Source of the DNA: Opitutia bacterium
GTDB taxonomy: Bacteria > Verrucomicrobiota > Verrucomicrobiia > Opitutales > Seribacteraceae
Assembly: GCA_038110535.1 (NCBI GenBank)
Contig: JAYNJW010000008.1
Location: forward strand, 1,446-65,445
Direction of reading: 5' to 3'
DNA length: 64,000 nucleotides
Of this stretch, positions 8,773 to 17,696 are shown piece by piece. The notes beneath the pieces are model-generated. The model was given only the letters and a program-made list of their open reading frames with translations, did no database searches and was not told the DNA's origin. How positions within the stretch are numbered: the stretch's first letter is position 1; each line of letters opens with the position of its first letter. The translations under genes were made by a program, and so were the position numbers.

Positions 8773-11700
8773 ATGAAAGCAAAAACAAGATTCCTTCTTC
8801 TCTTCTTTAGTGCGGCCTTTCCGCTCCTTGTTCTCGGTCAGCATCGCATGCCTCAGGACAGTTGGTATGTGGACCGAGAAATTCCCTTTCCGGCTATGCC
8901 CGGGCTTTATAATCCGCGCTCGTTGGTTATATCTGAATCCGGAGATATCTACATTGCCGAATGGTCAAGTCATCGAGTTTCCATATGGGGTGAGAATGGA
9001 AATTTTAAGGGGAGCTTCGGGCAATATGGAAATGCGGATGGGCAGTTTAACCATCCATCCTCCATTGCTCTTTCAGAAAATGAGATTTATGTTTGCAATT
9101 GGCACGGCCATAATGTGAAGGTTTTTAATTTGGAAGGAGAATTTTTACGAGCTTGGGGAAATTATGGCCAAGGGGAGGGCCAATTTTATCATCCGAGCGG
9201 CATTTGGGCCGATCAAAATGGAACGAATGGTGGAGAAATTTATGTTTCCGACCACAACAATCACCGGGTTCAAGTATTTGACGAAAATGGAACTTTCATC
9301 CGAACCTTTGGAAGCTACGGCGGTGGAGATGGGCAGTTAAATTACGCAAACGGTGTCGGTGTTGGACCTGATGGTATGGTTTATGTTTCTTCCAAGCACT
9401 CCAACAAAATTCAGGTTTTTTCAAAGGACGGAAATTTTTCCAGATCCTTCCAGACAAACGGATATCCCTGGCAAATGGATTTTTACCAAAACATGATAGC
9501 GGTTGCTATGGCAGACCATCATCGGGTGGAAGTCTTTGATTTGAATGGCACTTCACTCGGATATTTTGGACAATCGGGGTCAGCTGTTGGTCAGATTAAT
9601 TATCCTACCAGTCTGGCATTCGATGCATCTGGCAGGTTGCAGGTTTGTGAGCAAAACACTCACCGGCTACAAACCTTTGAAACCAATGGAACAAGCTTGG
9701 GGACATTAGGTTTTTATGGGAGATCAGACTTCAGGCCATATGGATTGGAGGTAACGGAGGAAGAAACCTTTTTGGTGACGGATATCTCTGGGCACAGGGT
9801 GGCTGAAATTGATCAAAACGGTACCTTGGTCCGGATGATTGCGACCGAAGGAGATGGCGAGGGCCTGGTTTATTACCCCAGGGATGTTCACTTGGGCAGT
9901 AACGGAAGGATTTATGTCTGCGATACCAATCGCCACCGCATACAGGTCTTTGATCGAAACGGCACCTTTCACCATATGATCGGATCTCAAGGTTCAGCCA
10001 ATGGACAGTTCAATCAGCCATGGGCCATTGTTTCTTCGGAGTCGGAACTCTTTGTTCTCGATCGATACAATCATAGGGTTCAAGCCTTCGACCTCAATGG
10101 GACTTATCTTCGATCCATTGGTGCATATGGCAATCTGGAGGGACAGTTTAGCAATCCAATGGACTTGGATTGGGACGATGAGGGAAATCTTGTCGTAGTT
10201 GATCATTCAAACAGAAGAATTGTTCATATGTCGACTGAGGGTGAGTTTGTCCGGCAGTATAACACCCCAAACTATGAGCATTTTGTCAGCAACCTCAATA
10301 GTGGCGTGTTGGTATTAACCAGGCACAATACTTTGGGAATTTACGATGTCGGAGGGTCTAGGTTGAAGGAGTGGTATGACGACCAATTGGATGAGGCGAA
10401 GGTTGCGTCACTTGAGGACGGTGGGTTTGTTCGCATTTCCAACTACAGTAAAACCTTGAAGCTTTATCGCTCAACCTTCCGAAATGTCCGCCTTGACCCC
10501 GATGATGGAATACCTTTCCCCGAAGTACTTTCTGTCAGCCAGAGGGAGGGGACGAATCTTCTTGATATAACCTATCAAATCAACGATGCCAACGACTCCA
10601 CGGTTCACGCGGCCATGCTTGCCTTTGTTGATGGGGGGAACGATCTATCCAAAGTAATTGTTCCACGTAGCTTTAATGGTGGAATCTCTGGCAAACTCGA
10701 TAACAATGTATCGACCAATCAGGAACACACCGTGGCTTGGAATGTTGGCGATGACTGGAATGTCGGATTTGGTGAGCTTCAGGTCGAGATTCTGGCCAAG
10801 GATAATCGCAACCTGCTCGACCTTCACTTCCTATCGCTTCCCGTGGGCGGGGATGGAAACGCGAGTGATCTGGTGATCAACCGGTCGCCCCTTACCGACG
10901 CCGATTTTCTTTCCGTTTGGTATTGGCTATTAGCCAGCGGAGATCCTGGAATCGAGTTATTGGGCTCATCCATTGTTCCAGCACTTGAAGGGCAGGCGCC
11001 CAGTTTCCAGCCTTCCGATCCCGGCAATCTTGTTGCCTGGTTGGATGCCAATGACCTGCAAGGCAATGGAGGGACCACAGCAAATGATACGGTAGTTACC
11101 GAATGGGGAAATAAAGCAGACGGGGCAAATCCTTTCACCCAAACCAATACCAGTAAGCAACCCGTGCTCCATTCCAATATTCTTAAGAGTAAGCCAGGGG
11201 TATTTTTTGATGACATTGATGACGGGATGTCATCAACCGTAGAAATTAATGCCTATCCCTACACGGTGGCGGTGCTTTTTAATTGCCTGAATACCTCTGG
11301 TGCTGGCAGGAGAGCAGTGCAAGGCTCCCAAAACTGGCTGATTGGTCCCTACGGAAACAATGTAGCTTTTCATCAGCCTTCGGGGGGGTGGGTGTCACAC
11401 GGACGCGTACCTCTGGTGGCGGAAAAGTTTTATTTGGCGGTTGGAGTAACGACTGATCAGGAATCACGGTTTTATGTCAATGGAAAGGACGAGACCACGA
11501 ACCAAGGGGCGAGGTACTGGCCAGGATCTTTGCACCTGGGGGCCAGCGGCGGTTCGGGCGAACGATTAAATGGTTACATCTGTGAAATGCTGGCTTATGA
11601 CAAGGCACTTAGCTCTGCAGAGCTCGCTGATTTGAATGAGTACTTCTCTTACAAGTGGGGAATCCGCCAATCCTACGCGGACGGCAGTTCAACCACTGCT

Positions 11701-11919
11701 ACCGGCCGATCCTATCTGCTTGGCAAAATGAACCTGAGGGAAGCCACCGCCGATGAGGTCCAGCGGGCCCGGGAAGGTGCCGTGTCGGGCAGCGTCAACC
11801 AATTTACTCCCAGTTTCCAAGTCGGGCCAAATGAACGGCCCCAACGGGTCAATGAATACGGCTTTGATACCAACACGAACAGCGGGATCTGGGTGGTACC
11901 AGCGGCGACCAATCCCTAG
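8773..11919 (+). CDS. secreted NHL-repeat (about 12 blades) protein with Ig-like middle domain and C-terminal LamG/concanavalin-A-like domain
   Basis: Signal peptide MKAKTRFLLLFFSAAFPLLVLGQ. Repeated G-x-G-D/E-G-Q-F-x-x-P...Y-V-x-D-x-x-N-H-R-V/I-Q-V-F units. C-terminal LNGYICEMLAYDKALSSAELADLNEYFSYKWGI is typical of LamG_3-type domains. Confidence 0.85.
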   Translation: MKAKTRFLLLFFSAAFPLLVLGQHRMPQDSWYVDREIPFPAMPGLYNPRSLVISESGDIYIAEWSSHRVSIWGENGNFKGSFGQYGNADGQFNHPSSIALSENEIYVCNWHGHNVKVFNLEGEFLRAWGNYGQGEGQFYHPSGIWADQNGTNGGEIYVSDHNNHRVQVFDENGTFIRTFGSYGGGDGQLNYANGVGVGPDGMVYVSSKHSNKIQVFSKDGNFSRSFQTNGYPWQMDFYQNMIAVAMADHHRVEVFDLNGTSLGYFGQSGSAVGQINYPTSLAFDASGRLQVCEQNTHRLQTFETNGTSLGTLGFYGRSDFRPYGLEVTEEETFLVTDISGHRVAEIDQNGTLVRMIATEGDGEGLVYYPRDVHLGSNGRIYVCDTNRHRIQVFDRNGTFHHMIGSQGSANGQFNQPWAIVSSESELFVLDRYNHRVQAFDLNGTYLRSIGAYGNLEGQFSNPMDLDWDDEGNLVVVDHSNRRIVHMSTEGEFVRQYNTPNYEHFVSNLNSGVLVLTRHNTLGIYDVGGSRLKEWYDDQLDEAKVASLEDGGFVRISNYSKTLKLYRSTFRNVRLDPDDGIPFPEVLSVSQREGTNLLDITYQINDANDSTVHAAMLAFVDGGNDLSKVIVPRSFNGGISGKLDNNVSTNQEHTVAWNVGDDWNVGFGELQVEILAKDNRNLLDLHFLSLPVGGDGNASDLVINRSPLTDADFLSVWYWLLASGDPGIELLGSSIVPALEGQAPSFQPSDPGNLVAWLDANDLQGNGGTTANDTVVTEWGNKADGANPFTQTNTSKQPVLHSNILKSKPGVFFDDIDDGMSSTVEINAYPYTVAVLFNCLNTSGAGRRAVQGSQNWLIGPYGNNVAFHQPSGGWVSHGRVPLVAEKFYLAVGVTTDQESRFYVNGKDETTNQGARYWPGSLHLGASGGSGERLNGYICEMLAYDKALSSAELADLNEYFSYKWGIRQSYADGSSTTATGRSYLLGKMNLREATADEVQRAREGAVSGSVNQFTPSFQVGPNERPQRVNEYGFDTNTNSGIWVVPAATNP

Positions 11920-11977
11920 GTAATTGCAAGAGGATCAAACCTCCGCAGAGTCCACAGATGCTGAAACCGTTGTACCA

Positions 11978-14900
11978 ATGACTTTTCCAATCTCTATCAA
12001 TCGAGAACTTTTCTCCAGGATGGGATTGCTCTGTGCATTTCTGGTCGTCGTTCCATGTGCATGGGCCCAGTTTACCTTCGAACAAAAGTCCCAACCAGCT
12101 GGCATCTTTACGACGGTGTCCCAAACTTTTGAGGCTGATACTTTGGTATATTCTCAGTCGATCAACCTTGTTTCCGGTACCTATGTGTTTACCCATTGGG
12201 AATTAAATGATGTGCGGATGGACGACTCCGTGGGATCGGCCGTGACCAATTTAAAATTCAATATCGGTGAAAATACCGTGGCGGTCGCTCATTACCTTGA
12301 TAAATCGTTAGATTCGGATGGGGACACAATTCCGGATTGGTACGAATTGCGATATTTGGGCAACCTCGATGGGAACCAATCGCATGACAATGATGGGGAC
12401 GGCATATCTTTGCTCCAGGAGTATAGTTTCGATCTAAGTCCCAGTATTTCTGATCAATCCAAACCCGGGGGCATATCCCGTCGCCGTTCCCAAACTACCT
12501 TCGTAAATCTTGGTGGGGCCAGAAAACTTTCCATAAGTAGCGATCCCCGGGGCCTGTTGGCCTCTGAAATCACCTATCCGGAGGTTAACTCAACATTCGT
12601 TTCCACTAATTTATCCGGTGCGAATGGCAGTTATTATTTTTCCCACTGGGAAGTCAATGGTGTGCGTGTTGCCGATGAGGTGGGCATAGGACTGAGTAAG
12701 GTTGTTGAGGTCATGGATACCGATAAGCAGGTTGTGGCCAAGTATTTTGATCAGGATCAAGACGATGATTCCGATGGAATTCCTGACTGGTACGAATGGC
12801 ACACCTTTGGAACCCTGAGCAACGACAAATCTTCCGATTCTGACAATGATTCGATCCTATTATCGGAAGAACGAAAATTTGGTCTCAATGCGGCTATTAG
12901 CGACTCGTTAAAACCCGGGGGGATATCACGTCGGCGTTCAGCAACGGTTGCGGTCAACCTAGGCGGGGCAACCCGGGTCAGGCTTTACAGTCAGCCCACC
13001 GGCTTGATCCCTTCCCAAACCCTCTTCCTCGAAAACAATTCCACTTTTTCCACCGAGACCCTCTCTGGCTTGTCGCACGGTTATTATTTTTCTCATTGGG
13101 AGGTAAACGGTCAGCGAATGGCTGATTCCACAGGAATTGGCTTGGGTGCCGCTCAGACCGTCCTGGATGCAAGTAAGGAAATCGTGGCAAAGTTTTACGA
13201 TCAGGACGAAGATCTTGATGCCGACGATATTCCGGACTGGTTTGAATGGCAGCAATTCGGAACCCTTTCTTTTGGCGAAACATCCGATCCTGATGGGGAT
13301 GGTATACCTATCCAAGTAGAGAGGGTTTTTGGAATGAGCAGCGTGATCGCCGACCAGCTTTCTCCGGGTGGTCTGTCGCGCCGAAGGTCCACTAGCACAT
13401 CCTTTGTCTTTGACCCTGCGGGAGTAGTAGACAGTGATGGCGACGGGCTTTCGGACGACCTTGAAAATTCCTTGGGAACCAATCCAGAGCTCGCCGACAC
13501 TGACGGTGATGGATATGACGATGCAGAAGAGTATGCACTAGGAACGGATCCCACCTCCGCCACATCTTTGCCCAACCAACCGCCATCCAACCTTGTACCG
13601 ATCGATCAAGGTCTCACCATTCTTGAAAATCGTCCGGTTGGTACTGTCGTGACCCAGTTTCAAGCATCTGATGCGGATGGGGATCTGATTACTTTTTCCC
13701 TAAGTGCTGGCAACGGAGATGGAGACAACGCGCTTTTCTCTATTGATAACAACGGGACCCTGCAATCCTTAGCCGTTTTTGACTACGAGTTAAATGCTTC
13801 CACCTTTTCTATCCGAGTTTCAGCAAGTGATGGCAACCAGGGAGTTGTGGAAGGCAACTTTACCATTTATCTGCTCGATGTCGATGACACTCCTCCAGTA
13901 CTTCTACTAAATGGAGATGCGAACATAACCCATTTGGCTGGATATCCCTACTTCGATGCCAATGCAACTTGGATGGATGAAGTGGATGGAAACGGAACGA
14001 TTTCGGGAAGTGGAGAAGTTAATGCCACAGTGCCGGGTAACTACCTTCTTTCTTATACCTACACGGATGAGGCAGGCAATACCGCCCAGACCGCTATCCG
14101 GGAAATTGAGGTAATCAATCTTCCGCCGGAAGATTTGTATGTTTTGAACGATGCTCCTTTGAGTATCTTGGAAAATGAGCCCAATGGTACGAAGGTGGCT
14201 GTCTTTTACGGAAGTGACCAAAATCCAGACAGTATATTGTCCTACCGCTTGATGGACTTTTCAGATTTGAATCATTCATTTGATCCAAATATGACGGAGA
14301 ATAATATCTCCGAGTTGCAAGCTTTGAACATTTTTCGTTTGGACGAAAATGGAGCACTTTTCACCTTACGACCGCTAGATTATGAGATTGATCCGAAAGA
14401 AATTCCAATTCTTGTCCGGGTTACAGATCAGCATGGTGCACACTTTGAAAAACTTTTTATCGTGTCGGTCGCCAATGTGGTGGAAGATTTTGATGGAGAT
14501 GGGGTGGAAGATTATTATGACCCTGACGATGATGGCGATGGTTATGAAGACAATCTCGAAGACGAATACGGGTTCAATTCTTTGGACAGGTGGCATTACC
14601 CAGAGGCACCCATCATCAGAACTCTGAAAGTCGAAGAGCACAACCAGACATTGGTATTCAGGGCCCATATCCTATCATCCGGGGGAGTGGGAAATATGGA
14701 AGCAGGCATATCGGTCTTTGATGAATTCGGTGCTTTTATCCATGAGTCCAGCACTTCTTGGAAGGATACCGACGAAGAAATTTTGTCTTTCTCACTGGCA
14801 GGCTTTGTTGGAGGACAGAAAATACGCTACCAGGCATTTGCCCACAATTTAGCTGGCGGAACAACCGGGCAATTCCTTGAATACCGGGTTGGGGGAAATG

Positions 14901-15208
14901 CGGACTTTGGAAAGTGGTGGTCTGCCGATAAAGAATTGGAGGGTGGGTGGAGAGAATCTACTTGGCTGGGAACTTACTTGCCAAATCAGGAAAATGAGTG
15001 GGTCTATCATCTTCAACTTGGTTGGCTTTTTGTTCAGCTTGATGGCCAAGGTGGTTTATGGATGTGGATGCCTGAAGAAAAGTGGTTGTGGACAAAGCAG
15101 GGGGTCTGGCCTTTCTTGTGGTCGGATGCGACTGCCGGTTGGTTATATCCGATTTATGTTTCGGGAAATCGATACTTTTACGATTACAGCAACGAAGGAA
15201 TTCGGTAA
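11978..15208 (+). CDS. giant secreted repeat protein: 3 x 150-aa modules, TSP3-like Ca-binding repeats, two cadherin-like domains, an Ig-like domain and a Trp-rich C-terminus
   Basis: The ORF is open from 11924. The ATGs at 11978 or 12020 precede signal-like GLLCAFLVVVPCAWAQ. DxDxDGxxDxxE motifs (DSDGDGLSDDLE, DTDGDGYDDAEE), and cadherin-like ILENRPVGTVV...ASDADGD...FDYE and ILENEPNGTKV...LDYE. Confidence 0.8.
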   Translation: MTFPISINRELFSRMGLLCAFLVVVPCAWAQFTFEQKSQPAGIFTTVSQTFEADTLVYSQSINLVSGTYVFTHWELNDVRMDDSVGSAVTNLKFNIGENTVAVAHYLDKSLDSDGDTIPDWYELRYLGNLDGNQSHDNDGDGISLLQEYSFDLSPSISDQSKPGGISRRRSQTTFVNLGGARKLSISSDPRGLLASEITYPEVNSTFVSTNLSGANGSYYFSHWEVNGVRVADEVGIGLSKVVEVMDTDKQVVAKYFDQDQDDDSDGIPDWYEWHTFGTLSNDKSSDSDNDSILLSEERKFGLNAAISDSLKPGGISRRRSATVAVNLGGATRVRLYSQPTGLIPSQTLFLENNSTFSTETLSGLSHGYYFSHWEVNGQRMADSTGIGLGAAQTVLDASKEIVAKFYDQDEDLDADDIPDWFEWQQFGTLSFGETSDPDGDGIPIQVERVFGMSSVIADQLSPGGLSRRRSTSTSFVFDPAGVVDSDGDGLSDDLENSLGTNPELADTDGDGYDDAEEYALGTDPTSATSLPNQPPSNLVPIDQGLTILENRPVGTVVTQFQASDADGDLITFSLSAGNGDGDNALFSIDNNGTLQSLAVFDYELNASTFSIRVSASDGNQGVVEGNFTIYLLDVDDTPPVLLLNGDANITHLAGYPYFDANATWMDEVDGNGTISGSGEVNATVPGNYLLSYTYTDEAGNTAQTAIREIEVINLPPEDLYVLNDAPLSILENEPNGTKVAVFYGSDQNPDSILSYRLMDFSDLNHSFDPNMTENNISELQALNIFRLDENGALFTLRPLDYEIDPKEIPILVRVTDQHGAHFEKLFIVSVANVVEDFDGDGVEDYYDPDDDGDGYEDNLEDEYGFNSLDRWHYPEAPIIRTLKVEEHNQTLVFRAHILSSGGVGNMEAGISVFDEFGAFIHESSTSWKDTDEEILSFSLAGFVGGQKIRYQAFAHNLAGGTTGQFLEYRVGGNADFGKWWSADKELEGGWRESTWLGTYLPNQENEWVYHLQLGWLFVQLDGQGGLWMWMPEEKWLWTKQGVWPFLWSDATAGWLYPIYVSGNRYFYDYSNEGIR
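12041..13390 (+). repeat. three tandem 150-aa (450-bp) coding repeats, diverged at DNA level
   Basis: PGG(I/L)SRRRS recurs at aa 181, 331 and 481, an exact 150-aa period. So do YYFSHWEVNG, VAK(Y/F)(F/Y)DQD and IPDW(Y/F)EW. Confidence 0.9.
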
Positions 15209-15263
15209 GGCAGGTAACTGGAGCTTATCTTCGATTTTCTATAAGTAAAGTTATCCACTTACA

Positions 15264-15647
15264 TTATTCCACGCCTATGTCAGAAAGGCTGATCTCTTGG
15301 GCATCTTTCCAGAGGTGTTCGAGAGCATAATTTTCCCGTTGTTCTTGGGAAAATAGATGAACCACAAAATCAATCGCATCCAAAATTAACCAACCTCCAG
15401 GCTTGAACCTCTCCCGGGATAAGGTTTCCACCGCATTCTCTTTGAGGGTTTTTTCAAGGTTGTCCCGAAGTGCCTTGAGGTGGGGGTCGGAAGTGCCGGT
15501 AGCAATAATAAAGCAGTCTGTCAGGGGAGAATGTTCACCGAAATACAGAAGCCTTACATCCTCGGCCTTCTTATCAAGTAAAGAATTACAGGCAAGTTTG
15601 AGGTTTTGTTGAAGTTGTGACTTGGACGGGGGAATAACATTACTCAT
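15264..15647 (-). CDS. rsfS: ribosome silencing factor RsfS (iojap-like)
   Basis: 127 aa. DCFIIATGTSDPHLKAL and DFVVHLFSQEQRENYALEHLW are typical of RsfS. It lies downstream of nadD, the conserved pairing. Confidence 0.93.
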   Translation of the reverse strand: MSNVIPPSKSQLQQNLKLACNSLLDKKAEDVRLLYFGEHSPLTDCFIIATGTSDPHLKALRDNLEKTLKENAVETLSRERFKPGGWLILDAIDFVVHLFSQEQRENYALEHLWKDAQEISLSDIGVE

Positions 15648-15662
15648 GCAGCGAATTTTATT

Positions 15663-16268
15663 TTATGAGGAAACAAGATTATGATTGCGTATGTAGGAAG
15701 CTACTTCGCGAGGAATGGAGGCACCAGGCAGACGATTGCATCTGAGCTGCGCACGGATTTCAGAGGAAGAAAGATGGATCAGTGAATTATCCATAAAAGA
15801 AAAACGAAGGTTCTGAATGCCAGGTTTGCGCAGGTGGCTGCTCTGTCTGGCGAAGACCAGAAAGTGTACCAAAGTGGCGAGCAGATCCACCTTTTTCCAT
15901 TCCGCCAATCGGGAGAACTGATCATCTCCAAGAATAAAAAAAAGTTCATGGTCGGGGAACTGGGATCTGACCTCCTCAATGGTCTCATAGGAGTATCGCG
16001 TCTTGGCGTGTTTAATTTCAGCATCGTAGGCCTCCATATGAGAATGGTCCTGGCAAATTTTCTTAACCATAGAAAGCCGGTCCAAGGCAGAAAAAAAAGC
16101 TGGTTCAGTACGTAAGGGGGCCTGATGTGCCGGACAGAAAAGAAGCTTATCCAGCTGGGCTTTTTCAATGGCAATCTTGGCAATTTGCAGATGTCCATTG
16201 TGGGGAGGATCAAAAGTACCCCCAAAAAAGCCGAGTCGTGGTGTTCGAGGATTCAGCAATTTTCCCAT
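15663..16268 (-). CDS. nadD: nicotinate-nucleotide adenylyltransferase
   Basis: GFFGGTFDPPHNGH motif. ATG at 16268 (MGKLLNPRTPRLGFFGG). The track ORF extends to 16361 but that stretch overlaps the upstream gene. Confidence 0.93.
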   Translation of the reverse strand: MGKLLNPRTPRLGFFGGTFDPPHNGHLQIAKIAIEKAQLDKLLFCPAHQAPLRTEPAFFSALDRLSMVKKICQDHSHMEAYDAEIKHAKTRYSYETIEEVRSQFPDHELFFILGDDQFSRLAEWKKVDLLATLVHFLVFARQSSHLRKPGIQNLRFSFMDNSLIHLSSSEIRAQLRCNRLPGASIPREVASYIRNHNLVSS

Positions 16269-16275
16269 GTAAGCC

Positions 16276-17631
16276 TCAAAAGGCACGACCGGCGGACTTT
16301 TCAAACAAGGTAAACATCCTGCCTTTTCTGAAATAAGTGACCTGGCCGGAAGAGGATACAACCAACGCTATTGAATTGGTTGCATGGGAGATGGCCGCAG
16401 CGGCTACATGTCTCGTTCCCAGTCCTCCTGGCAGGACAATGTTGTCCGCTTTTGCCTGAATTAAACTCCCTGCGGTTTCCACCACACCATTTCCCCGGAC
16501 GATGAAAGCACCATCAATCAAAGCCAGCTCTTTGATGGTTTCATCCATGAATGGATTGAGAATATTTCGATCTTCTTCCTCATAGCCATGAAAGGGGTTA
16601 AGAATGAGTTGCTTGGATCGTTTGTATACCTCCTCATGGTCACCCAGAATAAACATGGCACCGATGGACTTCCCTTCGCGGCCGGTCAGGGCGAGATCGG
16701 TGGCAATTGCAGTAAGCCGTTCCAATGCCTCCGCAGAGACTCCGCTCGGGAGCATGTCTTCTTCGTGTCCGATAACAGACTCAAATTCCTCATCCACATC
16801 GACGACCAGAACGGTGTCGAGCTGTCCACTCTGGGGGATACCGCCGATACAACATACGCGGTCTTTGAAGCCAAATATTTGGCGGGTCAGGCCAAGAAGT
16901 ATAGCAGCCCTGAGCTGGGATAGTCTCGAATTAGAAACTGCACGAACGGCCAGTGCTGCGTGGGCCCGGTGATGATCGAGTTCATGCTCGGACACGCCCT
17001 CTCCGGCTAGCACTACCCGGAAGCCCGGAAAGGTCATGCGGGGAGCCAGGGATGCGGGGAATGCATCCGTGAACACTAAAATGGTCGAGCAATCTGCAGC
17101 TTTGGCAATTTTTGCGGCTTCATCAGTGAGCAATTTATTAAATTTAGTACGCCTTCGGGCAGGCCTTTCATCGGTTCCCGCAAAGGCGTGCCGCACCACA
17201 GTCTTAAAGTCGGACAAATCACGGGCCATCCAAAGATGGTCCATTACGGATTTGTCCTGAAAGGTACGGGCAAGGGTGGCGAGGAAAGACAGGTAATTCT
17301 TGGCGTTCTCGTTGGCGAGAAGGAGGAAAACATACCTGATCTCATCGTAACTTCCCTGACCGCTAAAGGATAGACCAGTGGGACAGCGACCAATGGCCAA
17401 CGCAAATGGTCTTTTCATTTTTACGCGGGCATGGGGCAGGGCGACACCTTCACCCAAATAGCTGGTGATGGCATGTTCCCGGGTGATTAATTCATCCAGG
17501 ACTTTCTTGCGGGTACGGGGAGAAGGGAGCAGGGCTTTGAAGGTTCCAAGTAATTCGGAGTAAGCGGCATTCAGATCCTGATGAGACAGGTCAATCACTC
17601 TGCTAGACGAAATGTAGCGATCTATTCGCAT
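16276..17631 (-). CDS. three-domain protein: PTS EIIA type-2 (PtsN-like) + PK_C-like + DisA_N/diadenylate cyclase (CdaZ-like)
   Basis: aa 1-150 contain GEGVALPHARV (EIIA-2 phospho-His context) and VFLLLANEN. aa 165-285 follow the pyruvate-kinase C-terminal-like pattern (CSTILVFTDAFPASLAPRMTFPGFRVVLA...GFKDRVCCIGGIPQSGQLDTVLVV). aa 310-440 form the DAC domain (GAMFILGD, LIDGAFIV, GGLGTRHVAAAAIS). Confidence 0.8.
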   Translation of the reverse strand: MRIDRYISSSRVIDLSHQDLNAAYSELLGTFKALLPSPRTRKKVLDELITREHAITSYLGEGVALPHARVKMKRPFALAIGRCPTGLSFSGQGSYDEIRYVFLLLANENAKNYLSFLATLARTFQDKSVMDHLWMARDLSDFKTVVRHAFAGTDERPARRRTKFNKLLTDEAAKIAKAADCSTILVFTDAFPASLAPRMTFPGFRVVLAGEGVSEHELDHHRAHAALAVRAVSNSRLSQLRAAILLGLTRQIFGFKDRVCCIGGIPQSGQLDTVLVVDVDEEFESVIGHEEDMLPSGVSAEALERLTAIATDLALTGREGKSIGAMFILGDHEEVYKRSKQLILNPFHGYEEEDRNILNPFMDETIKELALIDGAFIVRGNGVVETAGSLIQAKADNIVLPGGLGTRHVAAAAISHATNSIALVVSSSGQVTYFRKGRMFTLFEKSAGRAF

Positions 17632-17696
17632 GACTCAGCGGGAGGGAATGAATTTTCGCAGGGAATGAATTCCCAACTTGAAGGATTGCGAAAATC

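Noticed and set aside
8376-15208. The idea that the two giant surface-protein genes form a genomic island integrated at tRNA-Leu.
   Set aside because: There is no integrase, transposase or phage gene, and I could not find a duplicated copy of the tRNA 3' end downstream. The tRNA 3' end also points away from these genes.
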